From Bacteroidales bacterium (lineage in GTDB: Bacteria > Bacteroidota > Bacteroidia > Bacteroidales > JAUNSR01), in NCBI GenBank assembly GCA_051646395.1, contig JBOFCW010000305.1:1-35333 (forward strand): a DNA stretch of 35,333 nucleotides. The letters are read 5' to 3'. Positions 8,553 to 18,189 of the stretch are shown here, piece after piece. The translations under genes and the position numbers were made by a program. Within the stretch, counting starts at the first letter, position 1. Every line of letters starts with the position of its first letter. The notes beneath the pieces are model-generated. The model was not told the origin of the DNA and did not search any database. It was given only the letters and a program-made list of their open reading frames with translations.

Positions 8553-8978
8553 ATGTGGGCACTGATCATAGGTGTGGTTTGCCTGGGAATAATAACAGCG
8601 ATCATCGGCTATTTCCAGCAAAAAAGGATAAAGGAAAAATTGCGTAAAGGGGAAATCACAGAAGTACCCGAGCCGCAAATTTTAGAAGAAGAGGAGTGTT
8701 GCGGAGAACATGCTACCTGTGAAAAAGACTCATTGCTTGCTGCCGTGAGTAAAGATATCGAATATTACGATGACGAGGAGCTCGACACCTGGAAGCACAT
8801 TCCCGCCGATCAGTTCCCGGCAGAAGCTGTCGAAGAATTCCGCCATGTGTTCTATACCCTGCAGGAAACAGAAGTGGCCGGCTGGGTGCGCAGTCTGCAT
8901 TTACGTGAAATCGAACTCCCCGACGAAATCAGGGATGAAGTATTATTGGTAATAAGCGAACGCCGCCTTCCTCATTAA
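8553..8978 (+). CDS. Hypothetical membrane-anchored protein with a Cys cluster and an acidic C-terminal domain
   Basis: 141 aa ORF with one N-terminal TM helix (WALIIGVVCLGIITAIIGYF). An EEEECCGEHATCEKD segment and an acidic soluble domain follow. I recognise no family. Confidence 0.6.
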   Translation: MWALIIGVVCLGIITAIIGYFQQKRIKEKLRKGEITEVPEPQILEEEECCGEHATCEKDSLLAAVSKDIEYYDDEELDTWKHIPADQFPAEAVEEFRHVFYTLQETEVAGWVRSLHLREIELPDEIRDEVLLVISERRLPH

Positions 8979-8995
8979 AAAACAGAATAACGATT

Positions 8996-9823
8996 ATGAT
9001 ACCGGATATCCTGAATTATACCTTCTTTCAGCATGCACTGATCGGATCTTTGCTTGTAAGCATTTGTTGCGGCATTCTGGGAACTTACATCGTGACCCGC
9101 CGCCTGGTGTTCATCAGCGGAGGGATTACGCATGCCTCTTTCGGCGGACTGGGACTGGGCTTTTATCTGGGTATCAATCCGGTGATCACAGCCATCGTCT
9201 TTGCAATCCTGTCTGCTTTCGGCGTTCAGTTACTGAGCAAGAAGCAAGCCGTCAGGGAAGACTCTGCCATTGCTGTTTTTTGGGCGCTGGGTATGGCTTT
9301 AGGAATTATCTTCATTTTCATGACACCCGGCTTCACCCCGGGCCTGACAGAGTTCCTGTTCGGCAATATCCTGACAATCACTCAAAACGATCTGTTCTGG
9401 TTCGGTATCTTTACCGTAACTCTGAGTTTGTTTATGCTGTTATTTCTGCATACCATCATCTTCGTGGCCTTCGATCCGGAATTCGCACAAGTGCGGCGAT
9501 TGCCGGTAAAAATGATCGAATACACAATGCTTTGTTTTATCGCTATCGCTATCGTTTTATCGATCCGGATGATCGGAATCGTACTTTTGATGTCGGTACT
9601 CACTCTACCCCAGATGATTGCCAATATTTTTTCGAATGATTACAGGCATATCCTGATTTATTCGATCGGTAATTGTCTGCTGGCTTGCGCGGGAGGATTG
9701 TTCATTTCTTATTACCTCAATGTACCGGCAGGGGCCTGTATCGTTTTTATTCTCACTTTTATGTATTGCCTGATGCGATGCATCAAATTGTTTATCCGCA
9801 AAAAGGGGAAAAATAAACAATAA
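8996..9823 (+). CDS. Metal (Zn/Mn-type) ABC transporter permease, ABC-3 family
   Basis: 275 aa polytopic membrane protein with the size and pattern of ZnuB/TroC-like permeases (..GGITHASFGGLGLG.., ..FDPEFA..). No ATPase or binding-protein gene is adjacent. Confidence 0.7.
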   Translation: MIPDILNYTFFQHALIGSLLVSICCGILGTYIVTRRLVFISGGITHASFGGLGLGFYLGINPVITAIVFAILSAFGVQLLSKKQAVREDSAIAVFWALGMALGIIFIFMTPGFTPGLTEFLFGNILTITQNDLFWFGIFTVTLSLFMLLFLHTIIFVAFDPEFAQVRRLPVKMIEYTMLCFIAIAIVLSIRMIGIVLLMSVLTLPQMIANIFSNDYRHILIYSIGNCLLACAGGLFISYYLNVPAGACIVFILTFMYCLMRCIKLFIRKKGKNKQ

Positions 9824-9870
9824 ATCTTCTATTTTTACGTCATTATCAATCAGAACCAATCTTAAGAAAG

Positions 9871-12648
9871 TTGTTTATCTCAAAAATCAGAATCATTGCG
9901 GTAATCCTGTTTTGCCTGTTGTTCTGTGGCTGCTCCTCGAAAAAAAACACGGCAGCTACACGGCAGTGGCGTGCCTTTACAACACGCTACAACATCTATT
10001 TCAACGGGAACGAAGCCTACAAAGAAGCACTGGCGAACTTTGAAAAAAATTATGAGGATGATTATTCGGAACGGATCTATCAGCATCCGGTCAGCTCTCT
10101 GACAGACAAAGCAGAAGGTGCCAATGCGGGCTTTGACCGAGCAATCGAAAAAAGTCAAAAAGCGATCAAGTTGCGGTCGATGCCCAAACGTCCACCTAAA
10201 AATGCACGAAAAGCGGATGACCCCAACTACAAGGCTTTTTTGAAACGAACCGAATTCAACCCATTTCTGCACAATGCCTGGTTAATGATGGGGCGTTCCC
10301 AATTTTATAAGGGAGACTTCCTTGCCGCCAATGCGACGTTCTTATATATCACCCGCCATTTCGGATGGCTTCCGGAGACGGTTACGGAAAGTATGCTGTG
10401 GATGGCGCATTGTTATACGGAACTGGGATGGATGTATGAAGCCGAAAACACACTTTCGAAAGTGGATGCACAAACGGTACCCAAATCACTAAAAAACCGT
10501 TATAGCACCGTCATGTCGGCTTATCTGATTCGGAAAGGAGAAACCCGCGAGGCAATACCACATCTGGAAATCGCACTCAAAGCCGAGAATAACAAATCGC
10601 AAAAAGCAAGAATGAAGTTTCTGCTCGCTCAGTTATATGCTGAAAATGGCGATCCGGCAAAAGCTTATAAATATTATGGAGAGGTCATGAAAATGAATCC
10701 CTCCTACCGTACCTACTTCAATGCGGGGATCAAACAAACAGAGGTAATGCCCGCTTCGAATACTCAAAAAATAGAGAAGAAACTGAACCGAATGCTTCGC
10801 GATCCGCGCAACAAGGAGTATCTGGATCAGATTCATTACGCAAAAGGAAATCTTTTTCTGGGTCGCAAAGACACCTTAAAAGCCATCGAGGCCTATGAAA
10901 AAGCCGTTGCTGAAAGTACCCGCAACGGGATGGACAAAGCCGTTGCCGCCATTCGCCTGGGCGATCTGACGTTTTCACGGGAAGAATACCTGAAGGCTCA
11001 ACCAGCTTATGCTTCTGCAATGAGTATTCTGAACGAAAAACACCGCGATCACCGACGCATCGCTCACTTATCGCAAGTACTCGACAACCTGTCCACCCAT
11101 GCCGAAACAGTTCATCTGCAGGATAGCTTACTGGCTCTGGCGCAAATGTCCGAACCCGAACGAATGAAGGCGATCCAGGCCGTTATCGACCGTATCATCG
11201 AGGAGGAAAAAAAAGCAGAAGAGGCTGCCCGCCGCGAAGAATATGAAAATAACAAGGGGAATTATACCCAACCGGACAACAACATCCCCTCGGCTCCTTC
11301 GATCAACACGGGCGATAACTCGTGGTATTTTTTCAATAAAATGTCTGTCAACGCAGGTAAAACCGAATTCCAGCGACGTTGGGGCGCGCGAAAGCCAGAG
11401 GATAACTGGCGAAGACGTGATAAATCGCATGTATTTTCGGAAGAGGAAGAAAAAGAGGATGTTGCTCTGACGGATGATAAAACTCCTGATGATGAATCAC
11501 CAACAGCCGATATCGAAGAGACTAACGACAATGAGGCAAACGATCCGAACGCGAACGATCCGAAAAACCCTGATTATTATCTGAAGCAGATTCCATTTTC
11601 AGCTGAAGACCAGGCCAATGCGAATGATCTGATCCGGGAGGGATTATACAATATGGGGATTATCATCAACCAACAACTGGAAAATCTGCCACTTGCCATC
11701 AAAACATTTCTCGATCTGGAAAAGCGTTATCCGGACAATGATCATTCGTTGGATATCTATTATGAAGTATATCTGATGTATATGCGCATGCAAGATGAAG
11801 CGAATGCGGAAACGTACAAACAGTTGATTTTGCAAAAATACCCGCAATCGGCTTATGCAGTCGCACTGAGTGATCCGAATCATATCCGGAACTTACGCGA
11901 AATGGAACAAAAGCAAAACGAATTGTATGAACAGACCTATGCAGCATACCTGGAAGGAAACAGTTCTTTGGTGCACCGCAATTATGAGTTTGTCCTGAAA
12001 AAATGGCCATTAAGCAAATTAATGCCCAACTTCTTATTCCTTCATGCGTTATCTTATGTAGGAGAGAGTGACGGATCACTATTCCGGGAGAATCTGGAAA
12101 AGCTCACAGCCTTATACGGAGAGAGTTTCATGGCTCCCCTTGCAGGCCAGATGCTGAAGGGAATCGCTCAGGGGAAAATGATCGCCTCCGGAGGCAAACC
12201 GATGCAGGGAATGATTTGGAAAACCAGACTAAATAGTAGTCTTGCCGACGAGCTGGCGAATGATTCACTCATGCCTGTTTTCGAACTCAAACAAGATGCG
12301 CCGCATTTGCTTGTATTGGCCTTCCAGACCGACTCTGTTCAGGTGAATCAGTTACTGTTTGATATCGCAAAATATAACTTCACGAATTTCCTTGTGAAAG
12401 ACTTCGATCTGGAAACGATTACTTTCAATGAACTATCCATGCTGGTAATCAAAGGGTTCGACCGTTTTGAGGAATTGAGTGAATATCGATTAAGAATGGC
12501 TTTACCCGGAGGGCTTTCGCTCCCGGCCTCGGTCACTCCGGTTATGATTTCTGATGCGAATTTCAGACTTCTTCTGGAGGGTCGCACTTTTGATGATTAT
12601 TTCAGTTTTATGGAGCAGTGCAGCGAAGCAGAGCTCTCTAAAGAATAA
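9871..12648 (+). CDS. porW: TPR-repeat lipoprotein, probable T9SS component PorW/SprE
   Basis: 925 aa ORF with a TTG start and lipoprotein signal (LLFCGCSS). The N-terminal TTRYNIYFNGNEAYKEA motif resembles SprE as I recall it. TPR-like repeats and an acidic low-complexity linker follow. It lies directly upstream of porX. Confidence 0.6.
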   Translation: MFISKIRIIAVILFCLLFCGCSSKKNTAATRQWRAFTTRYNIYFNGNEAYKEALANFEKNYEDDYSERIYQHPVSSLTDKAEGANAGFDRAIEKSQKAIKLRSMPKRPPKNARKADDPNYKAFLKRTEFNPFLHNAWLMMGRSQFYKGDFLAANATFLYITRHFGWLPETVTESMLWMAHCYTELGWMYEAENTLSKVDAQTVPKSLKNRYSTVMSAYLIRKGETREAIPHLEIALKAENNKSQKARMKFLLAQLYAENGDPAKAYKYYGEVMKMNPSYRTYFNAGIKQTEVMPASNTQKIEKKLNRMLRDPRNKEYLDQIHYAKGNLFLGRKDTLKAIEAYEKAVAESTRNGMDKAVAAIRLGDLTFSREEYLKAQPAYASAMSILNEKHRDHRRIAHLSQVLDNLSTHAETVHLQDSLLALAQMSEPERMKAIQAVIDRIIEEEKKAEEAARREEYENNKGNYTQPDNNIPSAPSINTGDNSWYFFNKMSVNAGKTEFQRRWGARKPEDNWRRRDKSHVFSEEEEKEDVALTDDKTPDDESPTADIEETNDNEANDPNANDPKNPDYYLKQIPFSAEDQANANDLIREGLYNMGIIINQQLENLPLAIKTFLDLEKRYPDNDHSLDIYYEVYLMYMRMQDEANAETYKQLILQKYPQSAYAVALSDPNHIRNLREMEQKQNELYEQTYAAYLEGNSSLVHRNYEFVLKKWPLSKLMPNFLFLHALSYVGESDGSLFRENLEKLTALYGESFMAPLAGQMLKGIAQGKMIASGGKPMQGMIWKTRLNSSLADELANDSLMPVFELKQDAPHLLVLAFQTDSVQVNQLLFDIAKYNFTNFLVKDFDLETITFNELSMLVIKGFDRFEELSEYRLRMALPGGLSLPASVTPVMISDANFRLLLEGRTFDDYFSFMEQCSEAELSKE

Positions 12649-12656
12649 AAAAAACT

Positions 12657-14207
12657 ATGAACAACGAACGTATACTTTGGGCGGATGATGAGATTGACCT
12701 GCTGAAACCTCATATAATGTTCCTACAGCAGAAAGGCTATGAGGTTTCGACGGCTAACAATGGAACGGATGCGATTGAAATGGCAGACGAAAGTCATTTC
12801 GACCTGATTATCCTGGATGAAAATATGCCCGGAATTACGGGATTGGAAACTCTTTCGGTAATCAAAGAACGACATCCGGCCATACCGGTCATCATGATCA
12901 CCAAAAGCGAGGAAGAAGATATTATGAATCAGGCTATCGGTGGTAAAATAGCCGATTACCTGATCAAACCGGTCAATCCGAATCAGATACTGCTTTCCAT
13001 CAAGAAAAACCTGCACGGCAAAGAGATCGTTTCAGAAAAAAACACTTCCGGATATCAGCAGAACTTCGGTAAAATCGGCATGCAGATCAATGATGCACGC
13101 AATTACGAAGACTGGGTGGAAATCTACAAGAAACTGGTTTACTGGGAGCTGGAACTGGAGAATGCGGATAAAGGTTTAATGGAAATGTTTAAGATGCAAA
13201 AAACGGAAGCCAACGCGGCTTTCGTAAAATTCATCAAAAAGAGCTACGAAGGATGGATTACCGGAAGCGAAGACGCGCCCTTGCTGAGTCCTCACCTCTT
13301 CCGTGATCGTTTTTTTCCATTGCTCGACAACGGCGAAAAGGTATTTGTAATTCTGATCGATAACTTCCGCCTTGACCAGTGGCGTACGATCAAGCCTGTC
13401 TTAAGCGAATATTTCACCTTTGAGGAAGACGTGTATTGCAGCATCTTGCCCACGGCTACCCAGTATGCGAGAAACGCAATCTTCTCGGGACTGATGCCGG
13501 ACAAGATCGCTAAAATGTTTCCCGAGCTTTGGGTTGATGAAGATGAAGAAGAGGGCAAGAATCTCAACGAGGCTCCTTTAATTCAAACACAACTCGATCG
13601 TTTCAGAAAAAAATATCCATTCTCATATTATAAGGTAAACGAATCTTCTTTCGGCGAAAAGCTGGTACATAATTTTTCAAATATCGAAAGTAACCCGCTC
13701 AACATCGTTGTGCTTAATTTTATCGACATGCTTTCTCATGCCCGTACCGAGTCGAAAATGATCCGTGAACTGGCATCGACCGAGGCTGCATACCGGGCGC
13801 TGACCAAAACCTGGCTGGAACACTCTTCGACGATCGACCTGTTCCAAAGATTGGCCCAAAGCAATTATAAGGTTATCGTTACCACAGACCATGGAACGAT
13901 TCGTGTGGACAATCCGATCAAAGTGATTGGTGATCGCAACACCAATACGAACCTGCGATACAAAGTGGGTAAAAACCTGAGTTACAACCCAAAGCAGGTT
14001 TACGAGATCAAATCGCCCGAACGCTTCGGACTTCCTAGTCTGAATGTAAGTTCAACATATATTTTTGCCACTAACAGGGATTTTCTGGCTTATCCGAATA
14101 ACTATAACTATTATGTAAGTTATTATAAAGATACCTTTCAACATGGAGGTATCTCGATGGAAGAAATGCTGATTCCTCTGATCACCCTTACTCCGAAGAA
14201 AAGATAA
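12657..14207 (+). CDS. porX: T9SS response regulator PorX (receiver domain plus PglZ/alkaline-phosphatase-like domain)
   Basis: 516 aa ORF. The N-terminal CheY-like receiver has DDE and the acceptor Asp in LIILDENMPG. The long C-terminal domain contains ..TTDHGT.. and ..QHGGIS.., typical of the PglZ/AP superfamily. Confidence 0.8.
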   Translation: MNNERILWADDEIDLLKPHIMFLQQKGYEVSTANNGTDAIEMADESHFDLIILDENMPGITGLETLSVIKERHPAIPVIMITKSEEEDIMNQAIGGKIADYLIKPVNPNQILLSIKKNLHGKEIVSEKNTSGYQQNFGKIGMQINDARNYEDWVEIYKKLVYWELELENADKGLMEMFKMQKTEANAAFVKFIKKSYEGWITGSEDAPLLSPHLFRDRFFPLLDNGEKVFVILIDNFRLDQWRTIKPVLSEYFTFEEDVYCSILPTATQYARNAIFSGLMPDKIAKMFPELWVDEDEEEGKNLNEAPLIQTQLDRFRKKYPFSYYKVNESSFGEKLVHNFSNIESNPLNIVVLNFIDMLSHARTESKMIRELASTEAAYRALTKTWLEHSSTIDLFQRLAQSNYKVIVTTDHGTIRVDNPIKVIGDRNTNTNLRYKVGKNLSYNPKQVYEIKSPERFGLPSLNVSSTYIFATNRDFLAYPNNYNYYVSYYKDTFQHGGISMEEMLIPLITLTPKKR

Positions 14208-14240
14208 TTCCCATAGAATCATTATTCTTCAAAAAGATAT

Positions 14241-14248
14241 TATTTTTG
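14241..14248 (+). promoter_or_regulatory. Candidate -7 box (TATTTTTG) for tsaE
   Basis: Exact match to TAnnTTTG, 24 nt upstream of the ATG at 14272. Confidence 0.45.
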
Positions 14249-14271
14249 TATCTATCTATTAACACTAAGAT

Positions 14272-14691
14272 ATGACACAGATTACGATCAACGGATTAGA
14301 CAATATTAAAGAAGCGGCTCGTGAATTTATCAACCTGATCGATCAGGATACGGTTTTTGCCTTTCATGGGGAAATGGGAGCCGGAAAAACAACTTTCATC
14401 AAAGCTATTTGTGAAGAGCTGGGTGTAGAGGATGTCATCAACAGCCCGACCTTCGCTATCGTAAACGAATACCGTTCGGCTTCTGCCGAATTGATTTATC
14501 ACTTCGATTTCTACCGGATCAATAAACCGGAAGAAGCTTACGACTTCGGTTATGAGGATTATCTCTACAGCGGAGCCTTATGTTTTATCGAATGGCCTGA
14601 GAAAATTGAAGATCTTCTTCCGGGGGATGCCGTTCATGTTACGATTCGTGAAAATGAAGACGGAACAAGAACCATCTCAATGGGTGAATAA
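14272..14691 (+). CDS. tsaE: tRNA t6A37 threonylcarbamoyl-transfer ATPase TsaE
   Basis: 139 aa ORF with the Walker A motif [10 protein letters not shown], then SPTF and HFDFYR, as in the TsaE/YjeE family. Confidence 0.85.
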   Translation: MTQITINGLDNIKEAAREFINLIDQDTVFAFHGEMGAGKTTFIKAICEELGVEDVINSPTFAIVNEYRSASAELIYHFDFYRINKPEEAYDFGYEDYLYSGALCFIEWPEKIEDLLPGDAVHVTIRENEDGTRTISMGE

Positions 14692-14697
14692 ATTATC

Positions 14698-14742
14698 AAC
14701 GATGATTCTGATTTGTTTTCAAACGGAATCATCGTTTTTTTT
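14698..14742 (+). terminator. Rho-independent terminator after tsaE
   Basis: AACGATGATTC (14698..14708) pairs with GAATCATCGTT (14726..14736), followed by a T run. Confidence 0.8.
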
Positions 14743-14811
14743 ATCCTGAGCTCTTTCTTTTTTTATCTATCTCATTACGAATCAACTATTTTAAACTAAC
14801 TTTATCTTATT

Positions 14812-15030
14812 ATGAATACAGCAGAAATATTTGTGGGCATATTATTTATCGCAATCGGCTGCTTCTCGTTTCTGGCCGGCGTATTTAACTGGGATTGGTT
14901 TTATGCATCAGTCAATGCGTCTATATTTTTGCGTTGGTTTGGCAGGAAAGGGGCGCGCTACTTTTACGGAACAATCGGAATCGTGGTAATTGTAGTAGGG
15001 ATTTTGATGTTGAGCGGAACCATGGCTTAA
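14812..15030 (+). CDS. Small two-TM membrane protein, Imm17-like
   Basis: 72 aa ORF with two hydrophobic helices flanking FNWDWFYAS..FGRKGARYFYG. I recall this pattern from immunity 17 family annotations, but that is recollection, not a search result. Confidence 0.5.
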   Translation: MNTAEIFVGILFIAIGCFSFLAGVFNWDWFYASVNASIFLRWFGRKGARYFYGTIGIVVIVVGILMLSGTMA

Positions 15031-15055
15031 AGATCATTCTCAAAAATCTATAGAT

Positions 15056-17947
15056 ATGAAGAACTTAAAAATCTTATTTTCAGGCATTCTCTCCTTATTC
15101 ATTACTCTAAGTTGCACTCAATCCGGCCCGAAATTCGAAACCGTAACCGGCGACCCGATGGACGTACAGATTTACACGCTCGACAACGGTCTGAAGGTAT
15201 ATTTATCAGTCTATAAAGATGCACCGCGCATACAAACCTATATCGGCGTCAGAGCCGGTAGCAAGAACGATCCTGCAACTTCTACCGGACTGGCTCACTA
15301 TTTCGAACATCTGATGTTTAAGGGTACCGGAAAAATCGGGACGAAAAACTACAAACAGGAAGAACCGCTTTTGAATCAAATCGAATCACTATTCGAGCTT
15401 TATCGCCAGACAACCGACTCGCTCCAACGACTAACGATTTATCACCAGATCGACAGCATTTCAAACGAAGCCAGCAAATATGCCGTTTCAAATGAATACG
15501 ACCGAATGATGACCTACATCGGCGCTTTGGGCTCAAATGCGTGGACAAGTTCAGACCAGACGGTATATACAGAAAACATCCCGTCTAATCAGCTGGAGAA
15601 TTGGGCTCTGATCCAGGCTGAAAGATTCCGCGATCCCGTGATCCGTATTTTCCATACAGAGCTGGAAACCGTTTATGAAGAGAAAAACAGATCGCTCAAC
15701 AGTGATCAAAGTCGTGTTATCGATACGCTGCTACTGGCATTGTATCCGCATCATACCTATGGAACCCAATCGACACTGGGAACTGAAAAAGACCTGAAAA
15801 GCCCATCGATCACCAACATCAAAAACTTCTTCAAGACCTATTATGTACCCAATAACATGGCTATTTGCCTGGCTGGCGATTTCAATCCGGATAGTGCACT
15901 GGCCGTTATCAAAAGAAACTTCTCCGATCTGAAACCGGGAGAAATACCCACCTATTCCGACCAACCGGAGCCACAGACAAATAAACCTGTCATCAAAAAT
16001 GTAGAGGGATTGGAAGCTGATATGGTGTACATCGGTTATCGTTTACCCGGCGAAAAAGAAAATTCCAATCAGATGAATCAGTTGGTCAATTTTATCCTGT
16101 ATAACGGAACAGCCGGATTGATCGACCTCAACATCAATCAACAACAAAAAATGATTGCCTCCGGCATGTGGAATTTAGAAATGGCCGATTACTCCTCTTT
16201 CATCATGATCGGATATCCGAATCCAGGACAGACGCTTGAAAATGCGAAAGAACTCCTCATCGCTCAGATCGACTCTTTGAAAGCGGGTCGTTTCGGCGAC
16301 TGGTTACTTGAAGCGGCTATCAACAATACCACTTTAAACCAAATGAAGATGCTAACCGACAATGATAGTCGGGCTGGCGCCATGATCAATGCTTTTACCA
16401 ATCAACTTGAATGGAAAACTTACGTGGATTCGTTCGAAAAGATGAAAAAGATAACAAAAGCGGACGTAGTAGCCTATGCCAACAAGTGGTTCAAAAATGA
16501 TTATGCTGTAGTCTACAAACACCAGACACCCGATTTCAGGATCGCCTCGTTCCCCAAGCCGACTATCACTCCGGTTCAGCTCGACCGAAACAGTAAAAGC
16601 GAATTTTTCCGGATGATTGAAAAAAATCCGGTTTCACCCATCGAACCCGTATTTGTAGATTATTCAAAAGATCTCGACAAGACTAAAGCGGCAAAAGAGA
16701 TTCCGGTACTTTACAAAAAAAATGACGAAAACAGTCTTTTCAATCTATACTATGTTTTCGACATGGGTACCGCAAATGACCGCCGTCTCCCGATTGCCTT
16801 CAACTACCTCGATTACCTCGGTACAGAGACGCTTAGCCCGGAAAAGTTCAAGGAGCAAATGCTGATGCTGGCTTGCTCTTTCTACGTGATACCACAAACC
16901 GATAAAACCTATGTGGTTCTGACCGGACTAAGTGAAAACATGGAAACTGCAATGACCCTGATGGAGGACCTGCTTTCAAACGCGACAGAAAATACAGCAG
17001 CTTTCGCAAACGTAATTTCACAACAAATGAAAGTAAGAGCAGACAACAAACTTAATTTCAACTATGTTAATCGTTGCCTGCAGTCGTATGGTAAATGGGG
17101 AGCCATTTCTCCTACGACTTACGTCCTGTCGAACGAAGAGCTTACCCGACTGACACCTCAAGAGATGGTGACTCTTATCCGCGACGCAAACCAATACAAG
17201 CATCAGATATGGTATTACGGCCCCAAAGAGGTGCACGAAGTGGTCAAATTAATCAACGAAACCCACAAAGTAAACGGAACATTGAAAGATGCTCCAGAAG
17301 CTGTACAATTCCAACAACAGCCAGTGGAACGTTCCACGGTTTATCTGACCGATTTTCCATCGAAGCAAACCAATATCACGCTGATTTCAAGAGGTACGAA
17401 ATATGATCCTTCATTGACGACTAATGTCCGGCTCTACAACAACTATTTCCTGGATATCGCGTTCCAGGAATTACGCGAAGCGCGCGGACTGGCCTATTCC
17501 GTTTATTCCGGATACACCGAACCTGAAAAGAAGGATCAATATTATACGAATATGTCTTTCATCGGCACTCAAAGTGATAAATTGGAAACAGCAGTTGAGC
17601 AGTTCAATGAAATTCTGACCAAACTACCTGTTTCTACAGAGTCATTTGAAGTTACAAAGCTCAATGTTGAAAACAAAATACGCACGAATCGCATTACTAA
17701 AGAAAATGTTTTATGGAGTTATAACCAGGCTCAACTTTTGGGGTTAGATAAAGATATCAACCAGGTTGTATTCGAACAATTACCGGTGTCAGGCTTCACC
17801 CAGATTCAGGAATTTCATGATCAATATATCCAAGATGCGAATTACAACTATTGTTTATTAGGCAACATTAATGAATTAGATATGAACTTTGTTAATAGCC
17901 TGGGAGATGTAAAAAGAATATCACTTGAAGAACTGTTTGGATATTAG
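15056..17947 (+). CDS. M16 (insulinase/pitrilysin) family zinc peptidase lipoprotein
   Basis: 963 aa ORF with a lipoprotein signal (ITLSCTQS) and the inverted zinc motif HxxEH in HYFEHLMFKG. It shows the duplicated M16 two-domain architecture. Confidence 0.85.
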   Translation: MKNLKILFSGILSLFITLSCTQSGPKFETVTGDPMDVQIYTLDNGLKVYLSVYKDAPRIQTYIGVRAGSKNDPATSTGLAHYFEHLMFKGTGKIGTKNYKQEEPLLNQIESLFELYRQTTDSLQRLTIYHQIDSISNEASKYAVSNEYDRMMTYIGALGSNAWTSSDQTVYTENIPSNQLENWALIQAERFRDPVIRIFHTELETVYEEKNRSLNSDQSRVIDTLLLALYPHHTYGTQSTLGTEKDLKSPSITNIKNFFKTYYVPNNMAICLAGDFNPDSALAVIKRNFSDLKPGEIPTYSDQPEPQTNKPVIKNVEGLEADMVYIGYRLPGEKENSNQMNQLVNFILYNGTAGLIDLNINQQQKMIASGMWNLEMADYSSFIMIGYPNPGQTLENAKELLIAQIDSLKAGRFGDWLLEAAINNTTLNQMKMLTDNDSRAGAMINAFTNQLEWKTYVDSFEKMKKITKADVVAYANKWFKNDYAVVYKHQTPDFRIASFPKPTITPVQLDRNSKSEFFRMIEKNPVSPIEPVFVDYSKDLDKTKAAKEIPVLYKKNDENSLFNLYYVFDMGTANDRRLPIAFNYLDYLGTETLSPEKFKEQMLMLACSFYVIPQTDKTYVVLTGLSENMETAMTLMEDLLSNATENTAAFANVISQQMKVRADNKLNFNYVNRCLQSYGKWGAISPTTYVLSNEELTRLTPQEMVTLIRDANQYKHQIWYYGPKEVHEVVKLINETHKVNGTLKDAPEAVQFQQQPVERSTVYLTDFPSKQTNITLISRGTKYDPSLTTNVRLYNNYFLDIAFQELREARGLAYSVYSGYTEPEKKDQYYTNMSFIGTQSDKLETAVEQFNEILTKLPVSTESFEVTKLNVENKIRTNRITKENVLWSYNQAQLLGLDKDINQVVFEQLPVSGFTQIQEFHDQYIQDANYNYCLLGNINELDMNFVNSLGDVKRISLEELFGY

Positions 17948-17994
17948 TTAAAATACGGAAATATTGAACTTAAAACACAAAATATGATTCATTT

Positions 17995-18029
17995 AAAAAG
18001 GATTGCTACAGGCAATCCTTTTGTTTTTA
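17995..18029 (+). terminator. Rho-independent terminator after the M16 peptidase gene
   Basis: AAAAAGGATTGC / GCAATCCTTTT stem with a 5 nt loop, followed by GTTTTT. Confidence 0.8.
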
Positions 18030-18137
18030 TCTTAGTTTATACATCCGATAATTAATCTTTTCAATGAAACCAGAGATTTGCTAAACCAAACTAGTATTAA
18101 ATATCGTTTATACCTTCCAAGAAATTTAAACTACCCT

Positions 18138-18145
18138 TACCTTTG
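18138..18145 (+). promoter_or_regulatory. Candidate -7 box (TACCTTTG) for the RND efflux operon
   Basis: Exact match to TAnnTTTG, 45 nt upstream of the ATG at 18190. Confidence 0.45.
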
Positions 18146-18189
18146 TGCGTTTAATTGTATGTAGCAATGTGTTTTAATTAAAAGAGTAT

